From Octopus vulgaris (taxonomy: Eukaryota): a stretch of 64,000 bases of DNA. Positions 37,811 to 51,820 of the stretch are shown piece by piece. The stretch's first letter is position 1, and every line of letters begins with the position of its first letter. The stretch spans positions 93,620,001 through 93,684,000 of the forward strand of contig OX597822.1 in the NCBI GenBank assembly GCA_951406725.2, given 5' to 3'. The notes under the pieces were generated by a model. That model searched no databases, was not told the DNA's origin, and saw nothing but the letters and a program-made list of their open reading frames with translations. The position numbers and the translations under genes are program-made.

Positions 37811-38239
37811 AATTGCGCTGGACAGATTTTTACGATAATTGTTTATCTCTTTAAATTCAGTCGAAAACCGATAAATTATCTGAAAAATACATAAACAAGA
37901 TATACTTTCAGGTCTCCAATAATAAAGAGCCTAAGATACTGCTATTTCATTCAACCATGTTCGATAATTACTTTAATTCATTATTGAATTTAATCTTATG
38001 TATACACCACCGTGACATATCAACAGATAACTTCTACATTACTTATATATAGTCGTAGACTGGCGATTCGACTCGTCCCAATTTAGCTCAGGTATGGCGA
38101 ACATTTTTCTCCATGCATAGACTTCACTTTGAAGTGCTCAAGAAACCTAAGGCGGTAGAATATTGTAGAAGTAAGAATCAAAGTTCATATATACATTTAT
38201 TCAGCCCCAGACTCAACATGCATGAATTTCTCTAAAAAT

Positions 38240-38561
38240 ATGTGTCTTCTACTATAGCCTCGGGCCGACCAAAGCCTTGTGAGTGGATTTGGTAGACGGA
38301 AACTGAAAGAAGCCCGTCGTATATATGTATATATATATGTAAGTGTGTTTGCTTGTGTGTCTGTGTTTGTCCCCCTAGCATTGCTTGACAACCGATACTG
38401 GTGTGTTTATGTCCCCGTCACTTAGCGGTTCGGCAAAAGAGACAAATATAATTAGTACTGGGCTTACAAAAAATAAGTGCCGGGGTCGAGTTGCTCGATT
38501 AAAGGCGGTGCTCCAGCATGGCCGCAGTCAAATGACTGAAACAAATAAAAGAGTAAAAGAG
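38240..38561 (+). mobile_element. Family A SINE, 5'-truncated, about 240 bp upstream of the Wnt4 exon
   Basis: TGTCTTCTACTATAGCCTCGGGCCGACCAAAGCC ... CAGCATGGCCGCAGTCAAATGACTGAAAC. Confidence 0.85.
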
Positions 38562-38799
38562 TATATAAAATTATATAGAGTAATTATGCTGACTAGAGCT
38601 TTAACAATGTCAGTGAGTGACATTCTTTAGACTACGACTTTTGGCTTTTTTTCCCCCTTTTTGTAGAAACTGCTATTGTATAGCTTCCACGACAATAAAA
38701 ATCTAAATCGAGAAGTTTATTACTAAATTAATTTGTATTTTGTATTACTGTGTAAAAATATGAAACTAATACCTTTTTTTTTTATCTTATGTTTTATAG

Positions 38800-39267
38800 G
38801 CAATTGAGAACCATATGAAAATCCAGTGTAAATGTCACGGAGTATCTGGAACATGTGAAATGCGAACTTGCTGGCGAGCGATACGCTCGTTTCGTGAAGT
38901 TGGAGAGATAATAAAAGAGAAATTCGACGGAGCCACAGAAGTTCGCAAGAAGAACAAAGGAACTAAGAAATTATTAGTTCCAATGAATCCAAAGTTCAAA
39001 CCTCACACACAAGAAGATTTAGTTTACTTGATTGTATCACCGGATTTCTGTGAACCCCTCCCTAAGGTCGGTATTCCAGGCACTCACGGCCGGTTATGCA
39101 ACTTAACTTCGAAAGCAATTGACGGTTGTGATCTACTGTGTTGTGGCCGTGGTTACAGAACTATACAGAGGATTTCCAATGAGCGATGCAATTGCAAGTT
39201 TAACTGGTGCTGTGTCGTAAAATGCTTAACTTGTTCAGTCGTAATACACGAATTTTATTGCTTATGA
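38800..39267 (+). CDS. Wnt4: Wnt4 protein, terminal coding exon (C-terminal 155 aa)
   Basis: Polypyrimidine tract and TAG acceptor (38798-99), then [25 protein letters not shown] (Wnt lipidation signature CKCHGxSG), [54 protein letters not shown]; stop TGA. These motifs match Wnt4 orthologues as I recall them. Confidence 0.93.
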   Translation, partial: AIENHMKIQCKCHGVSGTCEMRTCWRAIRSFREVGEIIKEKFDGATEVRKKNKGTKKLLVPMNPKFKPHTQEDLVYLIVSPDFCEPLPKVGIPGTHGRLCNLTSKAIDGCDLLCCGRGYRTIQRISNERCNCKFNWCCVVKCLTCSVVIHEFYCL

Positions 39268-39504
39268 AAGAAGAAAAAAACATGCAATGGTACCTTACGC
39301 CAATGACTTTTAAAATATAGACAGTAGGTATAACAGATGGAGACTGAAATCTGTTTAAAACCATTTTCATACAATTGTAATATAAACACATCAGTTTTTA
39401 TAACATTTTATAACAACAGCGTCAATATAAGCTGTGACATTTGAATAGTTATTTATTTATCGTGGAAATTAACTGCAAATATATACAGAAAGCATCTCGT
39501 TTTA

Positions 39505-39541
<37 letters not shown>

Positions 39542-41725
39542 CATACATATATATTTACATACATATTGTATTTATGTATATATGTGTGTGTGTATATATA
39601 TATATATGTATGTATGTATGTATATATATACACATTCACACATATATGTGTATATATATATGCACTCATATGGTACAATTCCAAATGATTTTTTTAATGC
39701 GAAAATACCCTTTTCTCTTGTACAACTGATTGTTAATCTTTGTTAATAAAATATAATCCTGAACAGTGAAATTTCCATGAGAAGGTGAAAAAAATGGCAC
39801 CCCGAGACCTGAAGAGAGCTGAAATTTATTCTTTTTATTATAAAAGTTCCTTAACACGAATTGTTGACGCCACACTGGCGGATTTTATACAAAATCGATA
39901 AGGCATCTGATAAGGCAAATCAACCAAAGCAACGAAATCAATCAACCAGCAAAACTAAACGAAGTAAACATTTTCTTAAACTTTTATATAAAAAAAACAA
40001 CAAAAAAGGAAGAAATGTCTTCTTTTTTTTTCAACAAAAAAGCATGTACAATACCAGCAGTCGTATAAAATTGCTGATTCTAGTTATTTTGTCTACAATT
40101 TTATACATTGTCTTTGAATTGCTGTGAAACAGTAGTGTGATTTGTATTTCGATTGGTCTTCTATATGTCTCATGTTTCAAATTATATCACCTAAAATATG
40201 GGAATGTATGTTGCAGGTGTCTCACTTATTAACCCTTTGAGCCCACGAATACGCTTTAGTGGGCACGATTTCATTTGACCATATTGCTGAAAGCCACATA
40301 AGCGAGTGGCCACATGGTTTTAGATTTACAGCTAAAAACATCAATGTTTCTGACACATAGCAAGCCGTAAACACAAAACTACGAGGTAACCCGCTTTTGC
40401 GTTTTCCAAGGGCATAGTCAAACGAAATCATCCGCTAAAGCGAATTTACGTGCTCAAAGGGTTAACTGTTATGTTTTCTGTGTAAGTTTGTACTTTACAA
40501 ATTTTTTTTTCAATCAATTACTTTTATATCCGTGCGGTCTAAATTGTTTTAGATAATCGATCATAGATGCTACTATTTTATACTGTCTTTGATGTCATCC
40601 TTTCGGTATTGGTTCTTAAACGCCCTAATAGTAAGGGAATTTTTGCCCTCCTCTCACATTATTAAAGATGAGACAAAATTTCCATATAATTCTTCTTTCT
40701 TTGCTATGGTGATGAACAAGTTTAAAACGTTTAAAAGCTCATTTTAATTTCATTAAATAAGGCAATTTGTGCGCTGTTTTTTTTCTCACTCATCTACTCG
40801 CCTGCTACAAGAAACGGCCGTAGGGAATTAAAATATTTTACTTTAACGTTATGGCCCGTATATTTCTACATATTTTCAGTGATATTTTTGTATTTCACAT
40901 CGGTCTGACCAATGTTACTTGTTACATTACTCTGTCTCAAGCAAGAAATGATTTAACATTACAACACATTTTAGCTATATTATAGTAAAATTGCCTGAGC
41001 AATTCAGCTGTTATTGAAGTGTAACAATAACCTGTTACTCGGCGGATTCATTTGCAAGTCATAAAATATTGTCAAATGTACAAGATCTGTGTATTACATA
41101 TGTTCGCTTAAAAGATGATGGGTCTTGTTTGTTTCATTTTTTATTTTAAAAGCTGTGAAAGTAGCGAGCAGCTCTGCGAAAGAATGGATACAGCACTGAT
41201 ATACCGAGACCGCAACTGATTTAGAAATCTTTTTTTATGTTTTCTTTTCATTTCACCATTAATGTTCTTGAGTGAGGCATAAATGTTACTATCTATAAAA
41301 ATATGGAGCCATATGGTTAGTCAAACTAATCAAATGGTACTAGTTTGAGAAGCTTCATTAAATTTGTTCTGTGGCGAAAGTGTACGAACATGGCTCGGTT
41401 AAACTAGTTCGTTCCAGCTTGCGTGAAAGTCTTCAGTATAAAAAATACTTTATGTATAATCTATGAATGTTTGACAAATTGCTTGGAGAGGACTTTATGG
41501 ATTGTCTAGTTGCTTGCACAGTACTCCATTGAATGCCTGGTTATCTGGAAATGACTACATTGGCCGAATGGTTATTTAGAGGGGATTTCATTGATTGTTT
41601 GGTTATCTGAAGAGTACACTGTTGACTGTCTGGTATAAAATAGGCTGCATGTTTTGTATAATAAATTAATTGAAATCTACCACTTTTGAGAAAATGGTAA
41701 AATAAATTGTATAAAAGATTTTGTT
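39268..41725 (+). other. Putative Wnt4 3' UTR (extent uncertain)
   Basis: Comparatively retroposon-poor stretch; AATAAA at 39745, 41660 and 41701, the last followed by a U/GU-rich tract TTTTGTTTTGTGTT. Confidence 0.4.
40233..40461. mobile_element. piggyBac-type MITE
   Basis: TTAA|CCCTTTGAGC ... GCTCAAAGGG|TTAA with about 50 bp of imperfect terminal inverted similarity. Confidence 0.85.
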
Positions 41726-42674
41726 TTGTGTTACAATTTCATTGAAGTCGGCTTATACGACAACGAGAGTAGCCTTCATCCAGTCGGTGTTTCGACCTCT
41801 TAGAAATAGCAGCTAAATCTCCTTTACCTCATAACTGCTTGGCTTAAATGTAATTATGGATTATTTATCGGTATAGACGATAAGTATTCGGTTGTTCGAA
41901 CAATTCAAATCCTCGTCAAATTTTCATATAAGCAGCTGAGTTTTCTACAGTCGTTTACTCAACATAACTCTTAGATTGAATCCATGTGACTAGACTGTAT
42001 TCGATTTTACATCGTTTCATGTAATTAGAAACAAAATTTAAGATATATTCTACTTTAAGAGACACAGAAGTTCCAAATTCATTTTACTAAATAATTACAT
42101 GACAAAACGCTTCTACATTAAATAAAAGAAAAGTGAAAAAAACCAAAAAATTTTAAAATCGCTATAAGAAAAGAAAAAAATTATTTTGATATTTGGAAAA
42201 CAAAGAAACCAAAAGACCCTAGAAAGAATATCAGGCTTATACTGAATTGTGTAACCAGAATGGTCACTTCTGATCGAGTTGACAAATAATCGAAAGTATT
42301 TCTGCATTGACCGTCCCATTCATTTTTATTAGACTATGACTATAAATATAGGGTTACATTATCGAATGTCTCCTTTACTAATTAAGAGAGAAGATGTGGT
42401 ATTTGAGAGATTTGGTTACTATTTCTAGCAGGTCGACTGAGTACGTAAAAGAAGAAAGAGGTTTAAATGAATGTAAAAAAATAGTGTAAATAAATGAAAA
42501 TCTATATTTATCGTTTCGTATTTATTATTGAAATATCATTTAAAATTTATTTATAGAAAGATTTCATTTTCATTATTGCTTTTAAAAAGGTTAAACACGC
42601 AAAAATGTCATGTTTCTATCTAGATATATATAATAATAAGATGCTTGCATGTATGTGAGAGTATGTGCATATAT

Positions 42675-42948
42675 GTTGTTTTTTGTTCCTTCTCGAGCCA
42701 TGCCTGGCTCATAAGGGCCGGTTTCCTGGTTTCTTGCGTGTAGGTTCCCCACCTGGACGGGACGCCGGTCCGTCGCAGGTGAGCTGCAAGATGCAGGAGG
42801 AAAGAGTGAAAGTTGTGACGAAATAGTCAGCAGCAGAAGTTTCGCCATTACCTTCTGCTTAGGTGTTTCGTTCATAAACACACATCGTCCGGTCTCAGAT
42901 TCGAACCCGCGAGTCCGCTGCTCTAACCACTAAGCCATGTGCCTCCAC
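42675..42948 (-). mobile_element. Family C SINE with TSD
   Basis: Matches 32106-32407; TATGTGCATATAT at 42662-74 and 42949-61. Confidence 0.9.
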
Positions 42949-42977
42949 TATGTGCATATATACACATATATACATAC

Positions 42978-43079
<102 letters not shown>

Positions 43080-43198
43080 CTTACTTGGAGAAGAGAAACA
43101 ACGCGTGCGTTCGGTCATATAATAACAATATAATAAATAAATAAAACATATGCATATATACATACATATATGTACATACTTACATCTATATATATACA

Positions 43199-43263
<65 letters not shown>

Positions 43264-44041
43264 TACAGGACACCACCAATATAAACGTAGAACACAACGA
43301 GAAACGAAAACATAAAATCAAACAAGGAAACGGACTTTTTTTAACAGCGAAAAAACAGAGTACAGGACAAACAATACAAGGAAAATTCCCCTTCATCAGC
43401 TGTCCCTGGTTCTACTCAAAGTGTTTCGAAGGTAAGGGCAGAACACGGCCAGACCGAAACAGTCCTTCCTGCAAAAGGAATTAAATAAAATTCTGTTGCA
43501 GAGGTGTAAAACAAGTGACAAGAACAAGACCTAAAAGCAATACAAATGAAGAAAAAACAGTAGAAAAAACAGTACAAATAAAGAATAAGAGGACAAGGAA
43601 ACCAACAATAAGGGCTTTTTTAGGCCTAAACGGTGGAAAGATTAGTTAGAACGCATGTGAAAAATCGGCTTGCGAAAAGAGCTAAAATGGTAACCGCCAG
43701 GATTATAGCTCTTATCGGTTATCAATACAGGTCTGCTACGGTGCGTTTTAATGAAACTCAAGTTAGTTAGAATTTACTATACTCGGTTAATTCTCACTTG
43801 GTAAATCCGAATGTCCTTCTAGGGACTGCATAGTTCCCGTAGAGAAAATAATGAAATTAATGAAGATGTAAATAACTGTATAATAAAACTTGGATGTGCA
43901 AATCTCTGTTCTTCTAATCTTCATTAATTTCACTGTATCTATATAGTAACTTTAAGAGAGACAGACGTCTCCAATTTCATTATACAAATTAATTACATGA
44001 CGACAGGCCTCCGCGTCAAATAACTGGAAATATGAAATATT

Positions 44042-44356
44042 CTTTTATTCTTTCATTCTTATATTTGTTTCAGTCATTTGACTGCGGCCATGCTGGAGCA
44101 CCACCTTTAGTCGAATCAAATCGATTCCAGGACTTATTCTTTGTAAGCCTAGAACTTATTCTATCGGTCTCTTTGCCGGGGACCTAAACACACCAGCATC
44201 GGTTGTCAAGAGATGTTGGAGGGACAAACACAGATACACAACATATACACACACACACACACACACACATATATACATATATATATTATATTATAATTTT
44301 CTAGATGGTGTAATTTAATCGTTCATTTTGAATTGCTAAAAGGTGGGTTTTTTCTA

Positions 44357-44401
<45 letters not shown>

Positions 44402-44425
44402 TGTGTGTATATATATGCATGTGTG

Positions 44426-44475
<50 letters not shown>

Positions 44476-44654
44476 CATACATACATATATACAACGGGCT
44501 TCTTTCAGTTTCCGTCTACCAAATCGATTCACAAGGCTTTGGTCGGCCCGAGGCTATAGTAGGAGATACTTGCCCAAGGTACCACGTAATGGGACTGAAC
44601 CCGGAACCATGTGGTTGGTATGCAAGCTACTTACCACACAGCCACTCCTGCGCC
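44042..44654 (-). mobile_element. Family A SINE whose internal microsatellite holds a Penelope-like end fragment
   Basis: Both SINE halves are present; insert 44295-44358 matches 21680-21743. Confidence 0.8.
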
Positions 44655-44987
44655 TAATATGTATTCTTGTTAAAAATTAGCTGTGTAAAATCACTATTCG
44701 AAGAGAAAAAATAATTTCGATATTTGGAAAACAAAGGAACCAAAAGGCCTACAAAAATTTCCTAGCATTTGATGAGTTAAACGTGTCCTACATGCCCACG
44801 AAACCTTTAGTCATGCGGAGTTGAGTCAAACTTGTTTTAAAAAATATATTTGTAACTTCTATCAAATTAGCTGAGGGTTACTTACTTTTCTCTTTTCACT
44901 CGTTCATACATATACATATATGTACGTATGCAGGTATCTACGTACATATACAAGATATTCATATACATACTTACATACATATGCATA

Positions 44988-45040
<53 letters not shown>

Positions 45041-45293
45041 CAGAGATTCAATGATCCTTCTCGAGACACAGGCTTATAAGGCTAGTCTTCCGATTTCTAT
45101 GGCGTATATAATACCCACTGGACGGTTCGCCAGTCTGTCGTTCATTACTCACTTTTGCCAGTTGAGTGGATTTAATCAACATGGAAAGAAGTGCTCTACT
45201 CAAGAACACTACCTATCAGTCGATGCAGGAATCTAGGCAAAAATTTTACGATCATGAATACAATACTTTAAACCCAAGGTCACGCACCTCCAG

Positions 45294-45373
<80 letters not shown>

Positions 45374-45375
<2 letters not shown>

Positions 45376-45750
45376 CGCAGGAGTGGCTGTGTGGTAAGTA
45401 GCTTGTTTACCAACCACATGGTTCCGGGTTCAATCCCACTGCGTGGCACCTTGTGCAAGTGTCTTCTACTATAGCCTCGGGCCGACCAAAGCCTTGTGAG
45501 TGGATTTGGTAGACGGAAACTGAAAGAAGCCCGTCGTATATATGTATATATATATATGTATGTGTATGTGTGTGTGTTTGTCCCCCTAGCATTGCTTGAC
45601 AACCGATGCTGGTGTGTTTATGTCCCCATCACTTAGCGGTTCGGCAAAAGAGACTGGGCTTACAAAGAATAAGTCCCGGGGTCGAGTTGCTCGATTAAAG
45701 GCGGTGCTCCAGCATGGCCGCAGTCAAATGACTGAAACAAGTAAAAGAGT
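45374..45750 (+). mobile_element. Family A SINE, full length
   Basis: GGCGCAGGAGTGGCTGTGTGGTAAG..GGTTCAATCCCAC (A and B boxes), CORE-like ACCTTGTGCAAGTGTCTT, short internal microsatellite, tail GTAAAAGAGT. Confidence 0.9.
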
Positions 45751-46159
45751 AAAAAAAAAATATATGTAATATGTGAAAATTAGTTGGTTGTCATAAGAAA
45801 ACTCAGAGCTTCGGATGCCTGGGCTGAAGTCTGCTCCGGCATCTCATCAGTTATTAAGACAAACGCTATGAAAGAAAAAAAGGGAAATTACTCCAATAGG
45901 CGTGGAGAAAGTAATACTTCATTCATACGCACACACACACACATGTATGTATATATACATATATATACATACTCACACGCGCGTGTACATAACATACAAG
46001 CACACATATATGCATATATATGTCTACGTATACACGCACATACACACGCATATATACCCATGGGCGCATTACTACGCTCATATAAACATATCTCTCTCTC
46101 TCTCTCTTCACACACACGGATACACAAAGCGTAGTTTATACGCACATGCATATACATAC

Positions 46160-46223
<64 letters not shown>

Positions 46224-46310
46224 GATTGAGTGGACAAATGAAAGAAGGGCACTCAACAAACTTATTAGGAATTACATGTACGGATCAAAACAGTTTTATT
46301 CAAATTCGTT

Positions 46311-46348
46311 GGTACTCTTGAGTTTCTAGCGTGATGCTAGTCGTCAGC
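46311..46348 (-). ncRNA. Degenerate minimal hammerhead motif
   Basis: Minus G-CTGACGA-c-TAGC-atcac-GCTA-GAAACTC-aa-GAGTA-C; stem I is only 1 bp. Confidence 0.45.
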
Positions 46349-46359
46349 TATTTTGAATT

Positions 46360-46424
<65 letters not shown>

Positions 46425-46435
46425 CATATATATAT

Positions 46436-46508
<73 letters not shown>

Positions 46509-46538
46509 CATATATATATATATATATATACATATATG

Positions 46539-46587
<49 letters not shown>

Positions 46588-46627
46588 TAGGGATGGTATT
46601 ATTAAAATACCAATATATATATATATC

Positions 46628-46662
<35 letters not shown>

Positions 46663-46713
46663 CATACATACATACATATATATCATACATATATATATAT
46701 ATATATATATACA

Positions 46714-46793
<80 letters not shown>

Positions 46794-47040
46794 TAGGGAT
46801 GGTATTATTAAAATACCATCACAAGTGGTAAGCGAATTATTAGCTGTACATACAATATTAGATATGTACATACATACATAAGGATACTACATGAGTACCT
46901 ATATCGCCAATGATTGAAGTCGAAAAATACTTCTGTACCACCGAATCGTCACAAATCCATAACAGACAAGATAGGCAAAAATATCAGTGAACAATAATGT
47001 CTTACCTCAAATGGGTCAGAACAAGTAAATGCTGATCAAC

Positions 47041-47079
47041 TCAGTACCGGTTTCGAAAGTTAGCGCGATTTCTCATCAG

Positions 47080-47082
<3 letters not shown>
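47041..47082 (-). ncRNA. Hammerhead core with intact stems II and III but unpaired stem I
   Basis: Minus TGT-CTGATGA-GAAA-tcgcgctaac-TTTC-GAAAC-cg-GTA-CTGA; abuts a (TA)n tract. Confidence 0.5.
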
Positions 47083-47139
<57 letters not shown>

Positions 47140-47166
47140 TATGTATGAACTACGCTTTGTATAAAT

Positions 47167-47335
47167 TACACGGGAAATAACAAAACGAGGGTTGGTTTGT
47201 TTACATTTTCTATCAGATATAGCAATCTGAAAGTCACACATGCAGACACACCAACAAAGCACATGCCATACATCATACATTTATTTATATTTATAAAAAT
47301 ATACATATGCACTCGTATATATGATGGTGTGTCTG

Positions 47336-47383
<48 letters not shown>

Positions 47384-47488
47384 CGTTGATGTGTGAGTGT
47401 GTATAAAGTTTTATTATATGTTTCTAATATTGCTATATCTGATAGAAAATGTAAACAAACCAACCCTCGTTTCGTTATTTCCCGTGTA
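47167..47488. repeat. 60-bp inverted repeat pair (1 mismatch) about 200 bp apart
   Basis: 47167-47226 versus 47429-47488. Confidence 0.9.
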
Positions 47489-47639
47489 GACTTATCCCAC
47501 CAAACATTGCGAACTAACTCGTTCATTCCTAGTGCAATGCAAAAAGAAAGAAAAAAACAGAAAGAAAAGGAAGAAAAGAAATAACATTTACTAATCTTAT
47601 ATCTTGGAATTGATTGTAATAAAAACAAGTCCCGCAGCG

Positions 47640-47675
<36 letters not shown>

Positions 47676-48254
47676 GCAGCACCACCAGCAGCTAGAACAA
47701 CATAAATAAAACTTATGCTTTTCAGCCAATTTAACATAAATTTCCGTTAAATGCTCAATTTCCATTATAGAAAACTGTTACTCTGACACAGATTATTTCT
47801 TGCTATCCAAAATCTTAAAATGGATCTCCAGAAGAGCGTCCCCATCCTTTTTTTCCTTTTTCTTTTCTCTGCTTCTTCCCAATAAATATTCATAGATGTT
47901 CATTTTTTTTTTGGTTGTTTTTGGCTGTTCTTTTTTTTAAGAGCTTCCAATTCTTATGGCTGTAAATCATAGTCAGAGAATCCAAGATTAATAAAAAAAA
48001 AATTCAGAAAAATAACAGAAAGCAAAATAGAACAGAAAATACATAGAATAAAACAGAAAGTGTCTAGATTCTTCGATGTGCTTGTCTTGATAAAAGATTA
48101 ATTATTACTATGACGGTTATAAAGAAAAATAACTAAATATTGAAGATATGTATCGCCCGGTCATTCGAGGTGGGTAGTAAAGAAATGCCCTAATTCACAA
48201 AAATTGTGTATTGAAATCAAATCTCAAAATTTTTCTTTTACATGTGTGTGGTGT

Positions 48255-48285
<31 letters not shown>

Positions 48286-48527
48286 CGTACGTGCGTGTGT
48301 GTGAGTGAGTGATCTGGACACATGCAAACAAGGAAGCGCAGCTAGGCACATGTCTTTCTGTACAGGCGCTGGCGTAGCTGTGTTGCTTCACAACCGCATG
48401 GTTCCGGGTTCAGTCCCACTGCGTGATGGCTTGAATATGTGTCTTCTACTATAGATTGGTGCAGACACTGAGTGGATTTGGAAACTGACAGATGACCGCC
48501 GTATGTGTGTGTGTGTATATATATATA

Positions 48528-48660
<133 letters not shown>

Positions 48661-48993
48661 ATATATATATAATATATAAGTAATATAAAACAAGCTACAA
48701 AATGCTAAAATAATTCTATCATGAAAAAATTTTAGCACCGGTTTCAATCTTTGCGACTCTTTCAACTTAGAGTAAAGCATGAAAAACAATTAAATTGTGG
48801 ACAGATTAAATGGAAAGTTTCTTTTTTAAAAGTATTTCCATAGTTTTCAAATGCAAGGGACATTTTCCTTTTTATTAACTGTATATATATATATATATAT
48901 ATAGTCAATTCAAATAAACGAGTAAAATTAACGGACAACAAGAGGACGTGCACACAAAAGTGTTTTAGCTTGACGCTCGGGGAAAAGAGAGAG

Positions 48994-49026
48994 TTTGACG
49001 TCTCGAGCATAGGTCTTCGTCGGAAA
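48994..49026 (-). ncRNA. Decayed hammerhead-like motif, CCGACGA variant (copy A)
   Basis: Minus TTT-CCGACGA-A-GACC-tat-GCTC-GAGAC-GTC-AAA. Confidence 0.4.
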
Positions 49027-49393
49027 GGAGAAAGGGTAAAGTCCAAAGAAGGAAAAGAAATCACCAACAGGATGTGTGTAGTTATATTACTGTGTGTGTG
49101 TATGTATGTGTATGTGTGTGTGTGTTTGTGCTTGTATTTGTCTCCCAGCACAGTTTGACAACCGGCGTTTGTGTGTTTACGTCCCCGTAACTTAGCGGTT
49201 CGGCAAAGAGACCGATAGATTAAGTACTAAGCTTAAGAAATAAGTCCTGGGGTTGATTTGTTCGACTAAAAAAAACCTTCAAAGCGGTGCTCTAGCATGG
49301 TCACAGTCAAATGACTGAGATAGCTAAATGATAAAAGAATACATACGCACACACACACATATATGTATATATATATATGTACGCACGAATGTC

Positions 49394-49455
<62 letters not shown>

Positions 49456-49573
49456 CATACATATATATATAGCTAATCCAAACATGAAAACACAAAGAGA
49501 AAACACAACAACGCGAGGACGTGGAACAAATATAGTATTATTGGACGCTCAGGAAGGAAGGGAAGAAGGAGGG

Positions 49574-49606
49574 TTTAACGTTTCGAGCGGAGCTCTTCGT
49601 CGGAAA
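49574..49606 (-). ncRNA. Hammerhead-like motif, CCGACGA variant (copy B)
   Basis: Minus TTT-CCGACGA-A-GAGC-tcc-GCTC-GAAAC-GTT-AAA. Confidence 0.55.
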
Positions 49607-50156
49607 CATAGGAGAAGGAAAGATCCAGAGGGAAAAAAATCGCCAACGGTACACACGCGACACACATATATATGTATGTATATATATATTTGTATATGTA
49701 TATATGTTATACACACACACACACATACACACACACACATACATACATATATATACATATTCAGTAACGAATTAAATGCATCGTTAGTATGTATTTTGTT
49801 TGTTCGCCGGATTCGCTGCAGTATAACGCCTGGGAGATGACTCCTCCATAACGCTGGGTGTTAAAACACCTGAAAGTTATAGACAGGTGAGACAACTCGC
49901 CTCGGATCGAATTCAGGAGCGGTAGATACGCATTTCGCCATTTTTGTGACTTTCAGAGGGAATCGTCCCCAAGAGCTGTACCACGCATGTAATGTTAATA
50001 TATACATATATAATTTTATATTCAAATTCATTCATCTTACATAGACACATACGTACCCACATATACTCACACACACATCAAGACTATGTATACATATAAT
50101 ATGTGAGTATAATAATGTGTGTGTACGTAAATATGTATGCATCATATTCATATCTG

Positions 50157-50388
50157 TTTCTTTACTACCCACAAGAGGCTAAACGCAGAGGGGACAAACA
50201 AGGACAGACAAACGGATTAAGTCGATTACATCGACACCAGTGCGTAACTGGTACTTAATTTATCGACCCCGAAAGGATGAAAGGCAAAGTCGACCTCGGC
50301 GGAATTTGAACTCAGAACGTAACGGTAGACGAAATACGGCTACGCATTTCGCCCGGCGTGCTAACGTTTCTGCCAGCTCGCCGCCTTC
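50157..50388 (-). mobile_element. Family B SINE, full length
   Basis: Reverse complement of 837-1065. Confidence 0.9.
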
Positions 50389-51516
50389 ATATTTATATCT
50401 ATACATATATACATACGCACACGTACCTACATACATACATACAGAAACAAAATAATGGGAACATGGTTCAATAGAAGTTTTTTGATTTAAGACATACTTA
50501 GTCCAATATTGGCATCACTCACAACTTTAATGTGTTGAAGCACTAACTGGAACAAGTTATGAACATATACAAGTTATTAGACGAATTTTTAGCTAATCTT
50601 AATGCATACCCAGCTTTAGCTATTTCAGTGACTATAGCAAAGGAAGCGTCTTCTCACTTGCTATTCCAAAATGCACCGCAAATTTTGAATTGCATTGTGA
50701 TCCAGTGATTGGAGCAAGGGTGAGGAATTCTAGTAGTCTACTTCATTTTTGTGTTTCTTACCAATTTTGAATAACATTAACTGTGTAAGTTGGCATATTA
50801 TGAACCTGGAAAATTGCACAACCAGCAGGAAACAATATTTGCACCACAAGATGGATATGATCAACCGAAATACTCAAAATCTTTGGTGTTAACACTATTA
50901 TGTAGGGGCATGAGAATTCTGTGATATAGCTGCACAACTCATCACAGAGCCGCCTCCATGTTTCAGGGTAGGGGCCGAACAGTCACGGTTGAAGGCCTTT
51001 TTAGGCTATAGCTTGACGTGAGCTCGCCTCAAAGCGAGGAAAAGGAGGAATGAGGATTCATCAGCGAAGATGACACTTCCATTGAACTGTTAACCACATA
51101 TGAGAGACTAGATACCATTTTACCCCCTTATCAGTGTTGATGAGGGCAGGCCTCTAATGCTATCTAACTGTATGGCGTTCCCGATGAACGAGTTTAGTTG
51201 ACACAAGATGGTGGCTTAGCTCTTCTGTCATAGTTCGGTCTATTTCAGACAATACGTTTCACTATTTTTCGGTTCTTTTCTGCGAGTTTGTTTTCTGCCC
51301 AGAGCTAGTTTTACCTTGGTTTTGTAATGCTAACATCATTTTAGTGACCGTAACTCTCCAGTGCCTGAAGCAACAGCCATCCGCGCTCCTGTAATTTATC
51401 CTTTTAGAAATCAGAAAGGTAGCACATTTTAACATAGCAAAATAGTTTATTAAACTGTTCTACTAGTACAATGTCCGAAAAATCGCCGTTAAAAGGAGGA
51501 GTAAATTACTTGGTGC

Positions 51517-51576
<60 letters not shown>

Positions 51577-51780
51577 CAGTTCGACTTACCTCCATATGAT
51601 TTAAAGATTCGCAGGCCGATCGGACGAACCCATCTCGTCGGAAGAAGAGTTTTCCGATTTCTGATGAGATGTGCTGGGTTCGTCCTACGCACCACGAAAC
51701 TTTAAGTTATGTGGAGCTGAGACAAACTGCTATGAAAAATATATGTAATTTCTGCCACTTTCTTTTGCTTGCCCACTCAC

Positions 51781-51820
<40 letters not shown>

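Noticed and set aside
46581-46818. About 30-bp direct repeat AAATATAGGGATGGTATTATTAAAATACCA separated by TA-rich sequence
   Set aside because: Most simply slippage or an assembly duplication within a (TA)n region.
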